From positions 1-64,000 of IMG/VR virus record IMGVR_UViG_3300049827_000271: a DNA stretch of 64,000 bases, one strand, 5' to 3'. The DNA comes from a virus. Positions 19,301-27,159 of this stretch are shown here, one piece after another. A model generated the notes under the pieces. It had not been told where the DNA came from. It searched no databases and was given only the letters and a program-made list of their open reading frames with translations. Both the position numbers and the translations under genes were made by a program. Each line of letters opens with the position of its first letter. Within the stretch, counting starts at the first letter, position 1.

Positions 19301-22300
19301 GAGTCCGCCAAGAGCCTTCTCGATACGCTCGAACTCATTGTATTTTTCGAGGATGGTTTGGGCAAAGTATTCTTTCTTGCCTTTGGTAGAGTGATAGGTT
19401 TCATAAATATCGTCAGCCACAGATAGCACTACTCGCTCGGCCTCTGCATTGGTGCTTGCGCCTTCTTCTTGCAGTTTCAGGTTGACCAGATTTTTGACGG
19501 CGAAGATGAGGCGCTTAATCTCGCTTGGATCGGTCAACCCTCCAATCTGTTTTGGAAGCTGCTTGCGCTCAACCAAGCCATTCCGTTCGGACGCGAACAC
19601 GCGGTCGAACTCCTCTCGGCTATTTCCAGCCGAAGGGCCGTAAGCCTTCATCAGCAGGTCAACCTCTTCCGGCATGGCCGGGCGAGCTTTTGTTCTTCTG
19701 AATCCGTCGCCAACATCGTAAGCCGGATCATCCAAGACTGTCTCAACGTCAGCGATCTCACCTTCAGCCGAAGCATCCGTAGGCTGCTCAATAGCGCGCG
19801 TCACCCTCGGCTGTTCCACCGCCTGCCCTTGCGCCTGCAACTCCTCGCGCTTGGCGTCGATCTTCTTGGCGAACTCCATGAACGCCGCCTCACTCTCAAA
19901 CTTCTGGAGGAAACCGCGGCGCGGCTCGTCCAGGAGCATGGCGGCCATGAGCGTGTAGCGGTGCTTGCCGTTTTCCGGTCCTCCCTTGACCACGCGCTCG
20001 TCATTGACAAACAGGTCGCGCCACTTGGAACTGTCCCTTGGGCTGCGCTCGCGCTCCGCCTCATTCTCAGTCGTGGTCTTCTTCCACTTGGCCGGGTCCA
20101 CGATCATCACGTCCGTTGCCTTCGGGTAGGCTCCAGCGACATAAACCGCTCCAGTCTGATTGTCCTTGAACACGGCGGTCATCCGTGTGGTCTTCGCGCT
20201 GACGCCGCTCGTGCGGGCCATCCCGCCGAAAATCTTCGGCAGGTTAGGCGCGTCATCCTGGAGGTTGACACTGCGGAAGACCGGAACGTTACTGGCCCGC
20301 GCCACCGCATCCATGATAGGCTGCGCCTGCTGGATCGTCTCATCCATCATCTGCTGGACGTGTTCTACGACTTCCTCCGCCTCCAAGTGATGCTTGTCCA
20401 CGTACGCATCCAGCGCCGCTTGGTCTTCTTTGGACAGCTTGCCGCGCTCGCTCGCGCGCAACAGCCCCTCCATGCGCGAGGCTTCCATGAACTGGTTGCC
20501 AAGCCGGTGCAGCCGTTCGTCGTTGGTGACATCCAGACCTGATTCGTCCGGCTGGCCCCGCTTGCTGAGTTTGCGATGTTTTTTCCAGATCAGGTCGTGC
20601 AAGACCTGCGTGAAATTCTCACGACTCAACCGGACGGACTGACCGTTCTCATCTAGCGATCCTCGATACCACCCCAGATCGTTGACATCCAATTCTCCGG
20701 TGTCATTGCGGAACCGGCGGGCGTAGATCGGTTTGACGATGTGGTTGAACAACTCCGTCTGAAGCTTGCGGATGGACCATGCGCGCTCGGAGTAGGCTTC
20801 ACGGTCTTTCCGGGTGTTCCGCTCGTCCTGCTTGGCGGCCTCGCGCGTGCGCTGGTCGCGTGCGAACCGCTCGGCAAATGCGAGGGACGGAGCAATTCTT
20901 TCGCGGGCCGCTGCGCGCTCCTCCTTGGTCATCTTCTTGGAGAACTCGACTTCGGGATGGACCAGCTTGTGGAGTTCCAAGCTGTCTTGGTAAATCTCTT
21001 TCTGCCGGTTTAGCAAATCGGTATCCCGTTTCACACGCTGTTCCAGCACGGAGCGCAGAACAGTGCGGGACTTGAGTTTCTGATTTTCCTCGCGCGCCAG
21101 TTCAAGCAGCTTTTCCTGCATCTCATGGAACGTGCTGGCGCTGTCCTTGGTTTCCACCGGGATTTCATCGCCGTTCTTTTTGGCTTCGTCGATCCTGGCT
21201 TTCTGCGTCAAGCGGGATTCTCCAAACGCGGCGGAAGCCCGCTTGATTTGTTCCACTTGCAGGCGCAGGCCCGCGCTTGTTCCGCGCGTCTTCTCGTCCA
21301 ACTCCTTTTCCAGTTTGGACAGCTTTTGGGCCAGCGACTTCTCCTGTTTCGCATTCTCAGGATTGGTATTCTCGATCTCGGCAATCCGCTCTTGCAGTGC
21401 CGCCACTTCTTTGTCCAACTTCGCTGAAGAGCCTTCGGTCTGAATCTTTATCTTGGCTGCCGGCTCCGCGTGGATGACCCTTGAATCCTCTCCCTTGGCC
21501 GCCATGTCATCCAAGAGCGACTTGTTGGAAGCAATCGCCTGTTCTTGGGCTTGGATTCCAAGCCCAATGCTTTCATGCCTAAAGCGTTCCAGTGGATCAG
21601 AGAGATCGAGCGCACCGCGCAGCATCAATTCCTGAGCCCGCGCAGTGGCGAATGTCTGCGGCTGAACGACGGCAAGCCGCGCCTCATCTTCTGGCGTTCG
21701 GTTCTTCTTATTGAATAGAAACTCAAATTCCCGCTCCACCGGAAGAGATGCCAGTAACTCCTGTATGCGCGCCCGGTCTTCGGGTGTCGGTTTTTTCTTG
21801 CGTGCCAATGTCCGCAACTCCTCAAGGTTCTCCTGCTCTCGCGTCTTCGGCTCCCAGTTTGTGGCCGCTAAATCTTTCAACTTCTCCCGATAGCCATGAC
21901 CAAGCGCATCGCCAGCCACGTTGGCCTTCTGTGATTTTTCCGCCAACTGCTTACTGTCCAGTCCGGTGACGATCTCCGCAACCTTCTGCACAAACGCATC
22001 ACGCGCGGTCAGCCAGTGGATCGGAATGTCCTTCTCCTTCAGATAAGTCGTGAACTGCTTGGGCTTGACCAAGTGCAGGTCGCGCTTGCGCGAGGACAGG
22101 AAATCATGGGCGGCATCGAACACGCTCCGCTGGTAGTCCGGCTCCGGCGGCGGGGCAGGAACGGTCTTGACCCCAGGCGGAGGCAGGTCTGGGCTGGGAG
22201 ATTCCTCCGCCTCTTCTACAGGCTTTGACTCCTCGGGTTTGGCGGCAGGCTCTGGCGTTATCGCGGCTTCAGTTTTTGGCGCCTCCACGGTGGGTGGCGC

Positions 22301-24190
22301 AGGCTTTTCTTCCTTCAGGCTGGAAACGGCAGGAGTTTCAGCCAATGCTGGCGCGGGCGCGGATGGGGCAGTCGGTACTTCAGGCTGTGTTTTCGGTGCG
22401 GTTGGAATTGAAATCCTAGCCTCCACCTTGGGCTGTGCTTCAAGTAGCGCGCTCGTTGTTGTCCCTGGGGAGGCTTGGGAAATTGGATACTTTACGCTCG
22501 TGGGAGCGGACGCAGATTCCTTCGAGATCAAAATCTTCTGCTCTGCCGTACGAAGTGCTGGCGGAGTTGATAGCGCTTCATGCAGAGCAGGATCGGCAAT
22601 GCGTGGACGGCCAACTCTTGACACCTGGATAATCAACGGAGCCGATAGCGTGGCGACCGCCGGAGCTGGTTGCGCCAGCTTGATGTCATCAGGTGGTTGC
22701 AGGACATCGGCTCCAAATGTGTAGAGTCCATCTTGCGTCTTGTTCAGAAGCCCTGAATCAACCAGTTGTTGCAGGCTGTCTTTCGGTTTGAATCCGATGA
22801 TCTTTCGCACCGCCTCATCAGTGAACCATCCATCCGGAACAGACCCGGACTCCAGGATGCGCTGCCTAATCTCTGCCGCGGCATCCAGCGTGCTCAGAAC
22901 TTCTTGGCCGGTATCCGCACGGGTTTTCGCTTCCCGACTCGCTGCGGAAGCTTCAGTCCCTTGCTCGACTGGTCCCACTCCTGGACGTTCACTCCCTGCT
23001 TCTGGAGCTTGCTCTGGTTGGTGTGAAAGTATCCCCTCTGTGCTGCGCTGACGTAAGGCATCTGGCTGCTCTCTTTCTGTTTGAAGTTGCTGCTCAAAAT
23101 TACCTAGCGCCCGAGAGCGCTTGGCGTAATCATCTACCTCGGATCGCAATTGCGCGATCACGTTTGGATCATACCTCCGCGGTGTGGTTGGAATCCTTGT
23201 TCCGCGTATGGCGTGCAGCGGCAAGGAGACTGCGTGCGGCCCGGCAAATAACGTGGACAACCCCAACATGCTCTCCGGAACACCTTCTCCAACAGGCTGT
23301 CCCTCAACGATATTTCCCGATCCTGTAGATGCAGCCCCAAGGATAGCCCCCTCCGCCGCCTTTGTTCCGGCCTCTGCAAGATCGCGCGTCAAATTAACAG
23401 AGCGTCTCGATGCAGCCGCTTCCACGCCTCTCTCCAACAAGCTCTTCGATGCGGAGTCCACCGCCTTTCCAACAAGCCTGTCTGCGTACTTCTTCATCAC
23501 CGGAGGAAGCAGCGCCCAAACTGCGGCCTGCGTCATTCCTCCCGCGATGGCCTTGGCGATGACCTTGGAAGCCGCGGCCTCATCGGATAACCCGGACTCG
23601 CGAAGGGCGTCGAACTCTTCTTGGAAATCATGCGCGCCCACCGTTTGTGCGGCGATGGTAGCCGGAGCCGCCGGACCTGACATTACAATCGGGGCCAAGC
23701 CAAATATGCCCTTCAAAGCCTGCCCAACTACAGGTTCACCTTCCCGCTCTGATGCCCATTCTTCGGCACGCTCGCCTTCTTTTGCGGCTATTCTTCCAGC
23801 CTGATACAGCGGGTTCTTCTCCAGTGCGGCAGGTAACTGCTCTGGGTGCATTAGATATTTTGCAGTCTTGTCCCACCGACCTGTCAGGTATGGAAAGTAT
23901 CCGCCTTCCTCAAGAACGGCAGCGCCTTTAGCCAAGGCGCCAATACCCCTTGCGGTTGCGCCAGCAATATCAGCAACCGCGCCCTTGAATGAAGGCAATA
24001 GCTCCTCGCCCTTTGATTCTGGGAATTGTTGCTCCGCCCATAGCTCAGCCCTTCGCCTCGCCGGCTCGAATGACCTGTCAAGCTCGGCGTCCGCAATCTC
24101 AACCGGAGAAGTGTCTTCCCATTTTGGAACTGGCGCCTGACCTTGATCTACCGGAAGCGTGTCCTCCCATGCTGGGGCATTAGTCGGCAT
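13301..24190 (-). CDS. Giant (3629 aa) internal virion / ejection protein with a zincin-like HEAAH motif
   Basis: Last of three internal-protein genes; N-terminal WEDT repeats, Pro/Ala linker, coiled coils, HEAAH at 18584-18598, hydrophobic segments near the C-terminus and an Arg/Gly/Ser-rich tail. Confidence 0.85.
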   Translation of the reverse strand: MPTNAPAWEDTLPVDQGQAPVPKWEDTSPVEIADAELDRSFEPARRRAELWAEQQFPESKGEELLPSFKGAVADIAGATARGIGALAKGAAVLEEGGYFPYLTGRWDKTAKYLMHPEQLPAALEKNPLYQAGRIAAKEGERAEEWASEREGEPVVGQALKGIFGLAPIVMSGPAAPATIAAQTVGAHDFQEEFDALRESGLSDEAAASKVIAKAIAGGMTQAAVWALLPPVMKKYADRLVGKAVDSASKSLLERGVEAAASRRSVNLTRDLAEAGTKAAEGAILGAASTGSGNIVEGQPVGEGVPESMLGLSTLFAGPHAVSLPLHAIRGTRIPTTPRRYDPNVIAQLRSEVDDYAKRSRALGNFEQQLQTEREQPDALRQRSTEGILSHQPEQAPEAGSERPGVGPVEQGTEASAASREAKTRADTGQEVLSTLDAAAEIRQRILESGSVPDGWFTDEAVRKIIGFKPKDSLQQLVDSGLLNKTQDGLYTFGADVLQPPDDIKLAQPAPAVATLSAPLIIQVSRVGRPRIADPALHEALSTPPALRTAEQKILISKESASAPTSVKYPISQASPGTTTSALLEAQPKVEARISIPTAPKTQPEVPTAPSAPAPALAETPAVSSLKEEKPAPPTVEAPKTEAAITPEPAAKPEESKPVEEAEESPSPDLPPPGVKTVPAPPPEPDYQRSVFDAAHDFLSSRKRDLHLVKPKQFTTYLKEKDIPIHWLTARDAFVQKVAEIVTGLDSKQLAEKSQKANVAGDALGHGYREKLKDLAATNWEPKTREQENLEELRTLARKKKPTPEDRARIQELLASLPVEREFEFLFNKKNRTPEDEARLAVVQPQTFATARAQELMLRGALDLSDPLERFRHESIGLGIQAQEQAIASNKSLLDDMAAKGEDSRVIHAEPAAKIKIQTEGSSAKLDKEVAALQERIAEIENTNPENAKQEKSLAQKLSKLEKELDEKTRGTSAGLRLQVEQIKRASAAFGESRLTQKARIDEAKKNGDEIPVETKDSASTFHEMQEKLLELAREENQKLKSRTVLRSVLEQRVKRDTDLLNRQKEIYQDSLELHKLVHPEVEFSKKMTKEERAAARERIAPSLAFAERFARDQRTREAAKQDERNTRKDREAYSERAWSIRKLQTELFNHIVKPIYARRFRNDTGELDVNDLGWYRGSLDENGQSVRLSRENFTQVLHDLIWKKHRKLSKRGQPDESGLDVTNDERLHRLGNQFMEASRMEGLLRASERGKLSKEDQAALDAYVDKHHLEAEEVVEHVQQMMDETIQQAQPIMDAVARASNVPVFRSVNLQDDAPNLPKIFGGMARTSGVSAKTTRMTAVFKDNQTGAVYVAGAYPKATDVMIVDPAKWKKTTTENEAERERSPRDSSKWRDLFVNDERVVKGGPENGKHRYTLMAAMLLDEPRRGFLQKFESEAAFMEFAKKIDAKREELQAQGQAVEQPRVTRAIEQPTDASAEGEIADVETVLDDPAYDVGDGFRRTKARPAMPEEVDLLMKAYGPSAGNSREEFDRVFASERNGLVERKQLPKQIGGLTDPSEIKRLIFAVKNLVNLKLQEEGASTNAEAERVVLSVADDIYETYHSTKGKKEYFAQTILEKYNEFERIEKALGGLPAGGAVRPGVEIQTSRPTGAFIRIETANERARHVPTEQQRLSKLRNDVESTQRVWKETRTGDSLIAFNRAKRNLELALAGKESEPSVPVTAETKPQQKAVSAYERWLASQAPPLPEQIPFGKTWVGPNGEKVVGTMPATVRQTAERLGMKPGGLVTRHSIAPDADIGRGMGIDLVASEAAKVFGGKSPELIKIVESDEPWSAQVDIDAKTGKVLEVRLNAKNLPDAESVARALEHEAAHAVTEFGGLAEELKTLKPEEIDQIKADMAERGYTTGDRAELDTRGVDTLVQAWKGRSWFGKLVSRVMDMFSGQQMTRGKAERAAARAVSEKLAELRVQDTRPEQAGDVITRQAARTPGQWKQQSMTDPFRTENEKYESRVDTWLSIEPMAYLKPLYDALPDPVKSILRGMKYLHETHALARSEIDNAYLNSGGRPLPHGVDIVEKARNAALGADNPNVFNVSMKSFLTNAALAVDFAQIKLPDKIDYYTRKVRDSIASDRAKDGGSWVRNVRDSERAALQHVVNAAANSPTPASIQAQHMLDILNGMTKSHTVMETVGAFIDTLNASTWPSTTADLVNRWDAWALANKFKTGTDVAAGVKYILSQSQPFWQQMQQIRAGAPSKETVRLQDKLKAHEDAAAFLKTNMLSPGTEFWRNYQRAQSELGFWQMQSDPEFNKGRITSNLGGADYTLEGVRILENPNQPKGQQDTVSLPGGWDKSGMKADLDNARKAARWFREYADNPESDPMRASFYRERAQELEERLTHQALATEQGSSRIAKWLPGYLVELFGQTREIAPWLGRNMLGLKAANAARDVDLVIEQLQTAAVSGKAGSRNVTTRNRKATIKAMRAHGFRSPQEWEDQIGNAILHSMAYPHGQPLTVGKAHRGITVLPEDMAAVQAELALYKAKAGVGRELKKFGRPEVLITEKIGGITVQRPALELTSGMLPRRINPEANDYALSLQTLAAKNGQLAPVIEKHLDRVLSHLWGFKHEHYRMAMRSPLVMEYLSLARQFDAGRPEPSNYVGLLDAIVDEVRTRPDPKDWMTRDEVKSRLEHELLRGARGELPLESPSVKPGERPITEVMGAGSFMTRPRESGTLPPDFYEYALASENSVHALDWGITKTYLVNYANSLIDLRDSLGRQIGDWDVRYETQSPKGLEKANAQTREEQVNGESLLNYADAVMIKRMIDSDLKSLRDYVSMESPLEPRLARTFGGAVRRAASAVLAAIKPQVVNILAPAIDIYRQGVAMGEHRKWMFGVWGLSKAAYATAEFTKHGGRLVRGLLAVIKSDDALRKQFGPDFERAIEANANELSSMTGKSVSAATRAALEWRRAKELGISSQWTMRELLRNDIDTWFASGGILDQQADPSLRLASAKGLWRASTAVGRGAWHVLQGVGLTSMKHSENLLMLATVSEAHGRIKDMTMRAREVLAAREALGLPMDPQTTVLTPAELLGRGAKPDEALQFRKRMQGCDINIDRAFLDYYARSKRAADPGLENLFTKEEENRYIFDLAQARSKSGFSNRPTLSQRNRLGRSTLTLMNWVLWQNEDILRTSAIFTKGNRGAAGIKAGAKFADYLLTASVLGGLAIVPMAAWLSEYVYGSRNRTPRAWDAENPEDAFKYMMLMAGSVLPLSSGILNSALDVSKPSRGLGGTGINLFAVEMANDIPRAWRTLYQGGDISQEMARLVSRWVPNSKLILNHTDLQAGMVENSNARANIDRFSQDIDKRTQVGGTYRPSITSAEAQDAVNWMMLGNTTGMLDARERGIKKIMEKRNIEYDAAAKSFDTSVMSRNPWQAVLGRAPTLEERGTILGRMSSDQRAEVMKAEEAFNTYAESTGHQAREFVRQERGSAGGGGGGSASIPSMEPSEEKTSTGLGRMGGTGGGMSFGGARGLPRPHAGGVRLPSLSAGSSAGPSFGVRAPSVGRVSVPAPRAGVGRSATPSMSMPASRRSSVRIPTRRPAAAAHVRSVRMPKLRRTGTQKIRLPARRSRSAVARLPGVR
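22894..23061 (-). CDS. Nested +1-frame 55-aa basic protein (MPYVSAAQRGYF...EWD...LPQRV) inside the giant gene
   Basis: ATG at 23061 preceded by AGAAAGAGAG; resembles small phage proteins of the MPFKSxAQ..W..LPE.V type as I recall them. Confidence 0.7.
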   Translation of the reverse strand: MPYVSAAQRGYFHTNQSKLQKQGVNVQEWDQSSKGLKLPQRVGKRKPVRIPAKKF

Positions 24191-25256
24191 AACGAATGAA
24201 CTGTTTTGTTACCGAATCGAACATGGCAGTCCTTCCATCCTTCAATAATCTTGGAACTTCAGTGGAAGCTGACGGAGTAACTTCGTTTTCTTTAGAAACA
24301 TCCTCAGCCGCAGGGTGCAGCATGTTACTACCTTCATCTGGCCTGAAGTAAGAGCCTCTCGCTTTCGGCGCAGAATAGACCGGAACGAACTGAGCCTTAT
24401 TACCTTGGAAAACAATTCGACGCTGCATGTCCTTGTCTCCTTGCGCGAACTTCATTGCCGCCATTCTGTTCTCAAGGGCTGTCGCATATCTGGGAGTTAG
24501 ATACTTGTGGAGTTCTTCAACGCTGCCAGTTGGGTACGATCCTCCTGGAGCCAATGATTTCAGCACCCCTTCTTCTCTGAGTCTTTTCTCGTACCGGTTG
24601 AAGTAATCACCTCTTCCCTCTGTAAAAGGAAACCAGGGAGCATTGTAAAAATGAGGAGTCTCCGACTCAGTTGGTTTGATTGTATCCGCAGTGAGCTTGG
24701 ACCCAAGGTTTATTTCATCCGCAATACCAGCCGCTCGTGCATCCAGATTCCTCTCCCGCTCCACTTGCGGCTTTGAGGTGAGCACGGCAATCTTCGCCTC
24801 TTGCGGCGACAGTCCAAGAGCAAGCAGTTCCTGCTCGTCTGGATACCATCCTCCAGCAGCAATCGCCTTCTGCACAGAAGCGATGTCAGCCATTCCAGCC
24901 CGCTTCTCCTGAATCTTTCGCGCCGCCTCCTGTCCGGCCAGCACGCCTGCCCAGTACTTGGACTGTTCTTCCGCCTGCTTCTTGTGTGTTTCCGCCTGAT
25001 CCAACAGATAGCTGTGCTGCCAGTCCTCTGACTCACGCCGCTCCTGCTCCGCGCGCAGGCGCTCCGCCCGCTGCCATGCGCTTTCGTCGAGCGCGCGGGC
25101 GTTGGCAAAGTATTGCTGCGCCTGCTGGTTGGCGATCTGCTGGGCGGCCATGTCGTTTTGGACGGCCCGCGATTCTGCGGCCACCATCCGGTTGACGTTA
25201 GCCTCGTTGACGGAGTTGGTTAGTTGGGCGAGTTGTCCGTAGTCGGCGGCGATCAT
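24180..25256 (-). CDS. Putative internal virion (ejection) protein
   Basis: Gln/Ala-rich coiled-coil N-terminus; position before the giant gene. Confidence 0.75.
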   Translation of the reverse strand: MIAADYGQLAQLTNSVNEANVNRMVAAESRAVQNDMAAQQIANQQAQQYFANARALDESAWQRAERLRAEQERRESEDWQHSYLLDQAETHKKQAEEQSKYWAGVLAGQEAARKIQEKRAGMADIASVQKAIAAGGWYPDEQELLALGLSPQEAKIAVLTSKPQVERERNLDARAAGIADEINLGSKLTADTIKPTESETPHFYNAPWFPFTEGRGDYFNRYEKRLREEGVLKSLAPGGSYPTGSVEELHKYLTPRYATALENRMAAMKFAQGDKDMQRRIVFQGNKAQFVPVYSAPKARGSYFRPDEGSNMLHPAAEDVSKENEVTPSASTEVPRLLKDGRTAMFDSVTKQFIRYAD

Positions 25257-25282
25257 AATGCTGTCTGTCAGTTACCCAAATT

Positions 25283-26899
25283 CTAGTTATACTCGTCATC
25301 GTCCCTAGAGGCGTTGGGATTGTAACCTCCAAGGTCAACCCATTCTCCGTATCCCCTGTCGTAGATAGCGTTTGGAAATCGAGGTGAAGTTGAAAAGCCT
25401 GGATGACCCGGAATCTCCGATCCTTCTGTCAGCTTGTAATCCCAAGGCGCTTCAAAGTAAGGCTCTCCAGGAACTTTCTTGCGCCTGTCATCTCCACCGC
25501 GATTACCCCGATCATCTCGGTTTCCGGGATTGTCTGGATCAGAATACGGGTTCTGATACGGGTTCTGCGGGTATCCTTCAGGCTGCCGCGGGTCGTATGG
25601 AGCGCGGGCCGGGCCGGAATAGTACGGCCTGCTCACCGGGCCGGGTCCATTGATCCCAGTGAAGTAGCTGCTGTTCATCAGATTCGCCTGCCCCTGCATG
25701 GCCGCGATCTCTGCCTGCGTCAAACCTTGTCGCGCCTGGATCGGCTGCAACCCCAAGCTGGAGGCGTATCCGTAGGCGTTGGGCATGGTCATCACATTGC
25801 CCGACTGCATCCCGCGCAGCCATTGCTCATTCTGATTCCCGACGCCAAGCGCCGTCCCCTCGATTCCCATGCGGGCCTGGCCGAGCATGGCCGCGTTCTG
25901 GTTGCCGAGGTTGTAGAACTGGTTGGCCGTCCCAGCCCGCTGGCCGGCGATGGTTCCCGCTTGTCCGATCCGGCGCTCTCCCAGTTGCTGGCCGGCGCCA
26001 AGGCGAAGCCCGTTGATGGTGCCAACATCTTCGTGGCCCATGAGGCCAACCCGTTCGCCAAGCTGCGCCCCAAGCTGCTGGGCCATACCCAGAGCGCGGC
26101 GACCACCATAGCCTGGACTGACCATTCCGCCCGCGTTCAGGGCGGAGATCATCTGGTTGGTGGTCAGTCCGGCGTTGCGCTGGCCGGCCTTCTCGTAGTC
26201 ACGGCGCGATTGTCCAAGCTCAACCTCGTATGTCCCGATGTTGCCGAGCGTGCGCGCGTAATCCTCATCCGTCAGCCCGGACCACTTGCCCTCCAAACCG
26301 CTCGTGATGGAATCCAGTTCTCCACGCTGTCCTGTCCGGTTGGCCTCCAGCGTGTCGCCCATCGTGTCGATGATCCGCCCGCTGTTTGTCCTGAAGTTTC
26401 CAAGGTTGGATGCCAAGTTGCGTTGGGCTGTCCCATTGTAAAGCTCGTCAATGGCCCTCCCGCTCCTCTCCAAGCTAGTGTCAATGTTGCCTCGGTTCTT
26501 CTTGAAGTTCTGGTAGTAGGTAGCGAAGTCGGTGGTGTTGTCCGTTTGAGTTCCGGGAATCCTGTTCGCAAAATTCTGCACCGTGTTGGACCAGCCGGTT
26601 CCGAACTTCGGGGTCAGCAACGACTGGCTTGGATTGATCGTCCCAGGCACGGATGAGGAGGTTCCAAGTGTGGACCCAAAACCGGACGACCCGCCAAAGC
26701 GCAGGCCATTCGACAGATTTTTCATCTGATTATCCCAGTTGGTGGCATTAACCAGATTGCTCCAATTGCTGGCGTACGCCGGCTGGTTCCCTCGATCTGG
26801 GTTTTGCTCGGTGGTCGGCCCCGTCCCCTTGTACCGCATGGTCGTGTATGGGTTCTTGTATTGACGGTAGAGCGCGTTGTCGTCTGCCATAAAAGTCAT
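25283..26899 (-). CDS. Putative DNA ejection / pilot protein
   Basis: Gly/Asn/Gln/Ala-rich; position after the nozzle gene. Confidence 0.75.
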   Translation of the reverse strand: MTFMADDNALYRQYKNPYTTMRYKGTGPTTEQNPDRGNQPAYASNWSNLVNATNWDNQMKNLSNGLRFGGSSGFGSTLGTSSSVPGTINPSQSLLTPKFGTGWSNTVQNFANRIPGTQTDNTTDFATYYQNFKKNRGNIDTSLERSGRAIDELYNGTAQRNLASNLGNFRTNSGRIIDTMGDTLEANRTGQRGELDSITSGLEGKWSGLTDEDYARTLGNIGTYEVELGQSRRDYEKAGQRNAGLTTNQMISALNAGGMVSPGYGGRRALGMAQQLGAQLGERVGLMGHEDVGTINGLRLGAGQQLGERRIGQAGTIAGQRAGTANQFYNLGNQNAAMLGQARMGIEGTALGVGNQNEQWLRGMQSGNVMTMPNAYGYASSLGLQPIQARQGLTQAEIAAMQGQANLMNSSYFTGINGPGPVSRPYYSGPARAPYDPRQPEGYPQNPYQNPYSDPDNPGNRDDRGNRGGDDRRKKVPGEPYFEAPWDYKLTEGSEIPGHPGFSTSPRFPNAIYDRGYGEWVDLGGYNPNASRDDDEYN

Positions 26900-27144
26900 C
26901 CTTCCAATTTGATCACCCGTTTCTCCAGTTCGATGATCCGCTTTTCAATCGCGGAAAAGCGCTGGTCCAGCACGGATTGCGACTGGGTGATCCACCGCTC
27001 CTCCATGCGCGTGTTGGCCTCGTGACACACGGCCAGTTCAGGGTCGAACTGGGAAAGCTTCTTGGGAACAGGGGCCAGCACTCGCTTCGGCAGCGGGATG
27101 CTGCCGGTCCTCCCGGCGGTCGTCGTTAAAGTGTTGGCGGCCAT
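26896..27144 (-). CDS. Small coiled-coil virion protein
   Basis: C-terminal heptads IEKRIIELEKRVIKLE; ATGA-coupled. Confidence 0.7.
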   Translation of the reverse strand: MAANTLTTTAGRTGSIPLPKRVLAPVPKKLSQFDPELAVCHEANTRMEERWITQSQSVLDQRFSAIEKRIIELEKRVIKLEG

Positions 27145-27159
27145 TTTTCATCAAAGCCA

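Noticed and set aside
13301-24190. Giant protein as an N4-like or crAss-like virion RNA polymerase, with the 19-bp hairpins as its promoters
   Set aside because: The size fits, but I found no DxDxD or T7-type polymerase motifs by eye. Not supported unless a structure search finds a polymerase fold.
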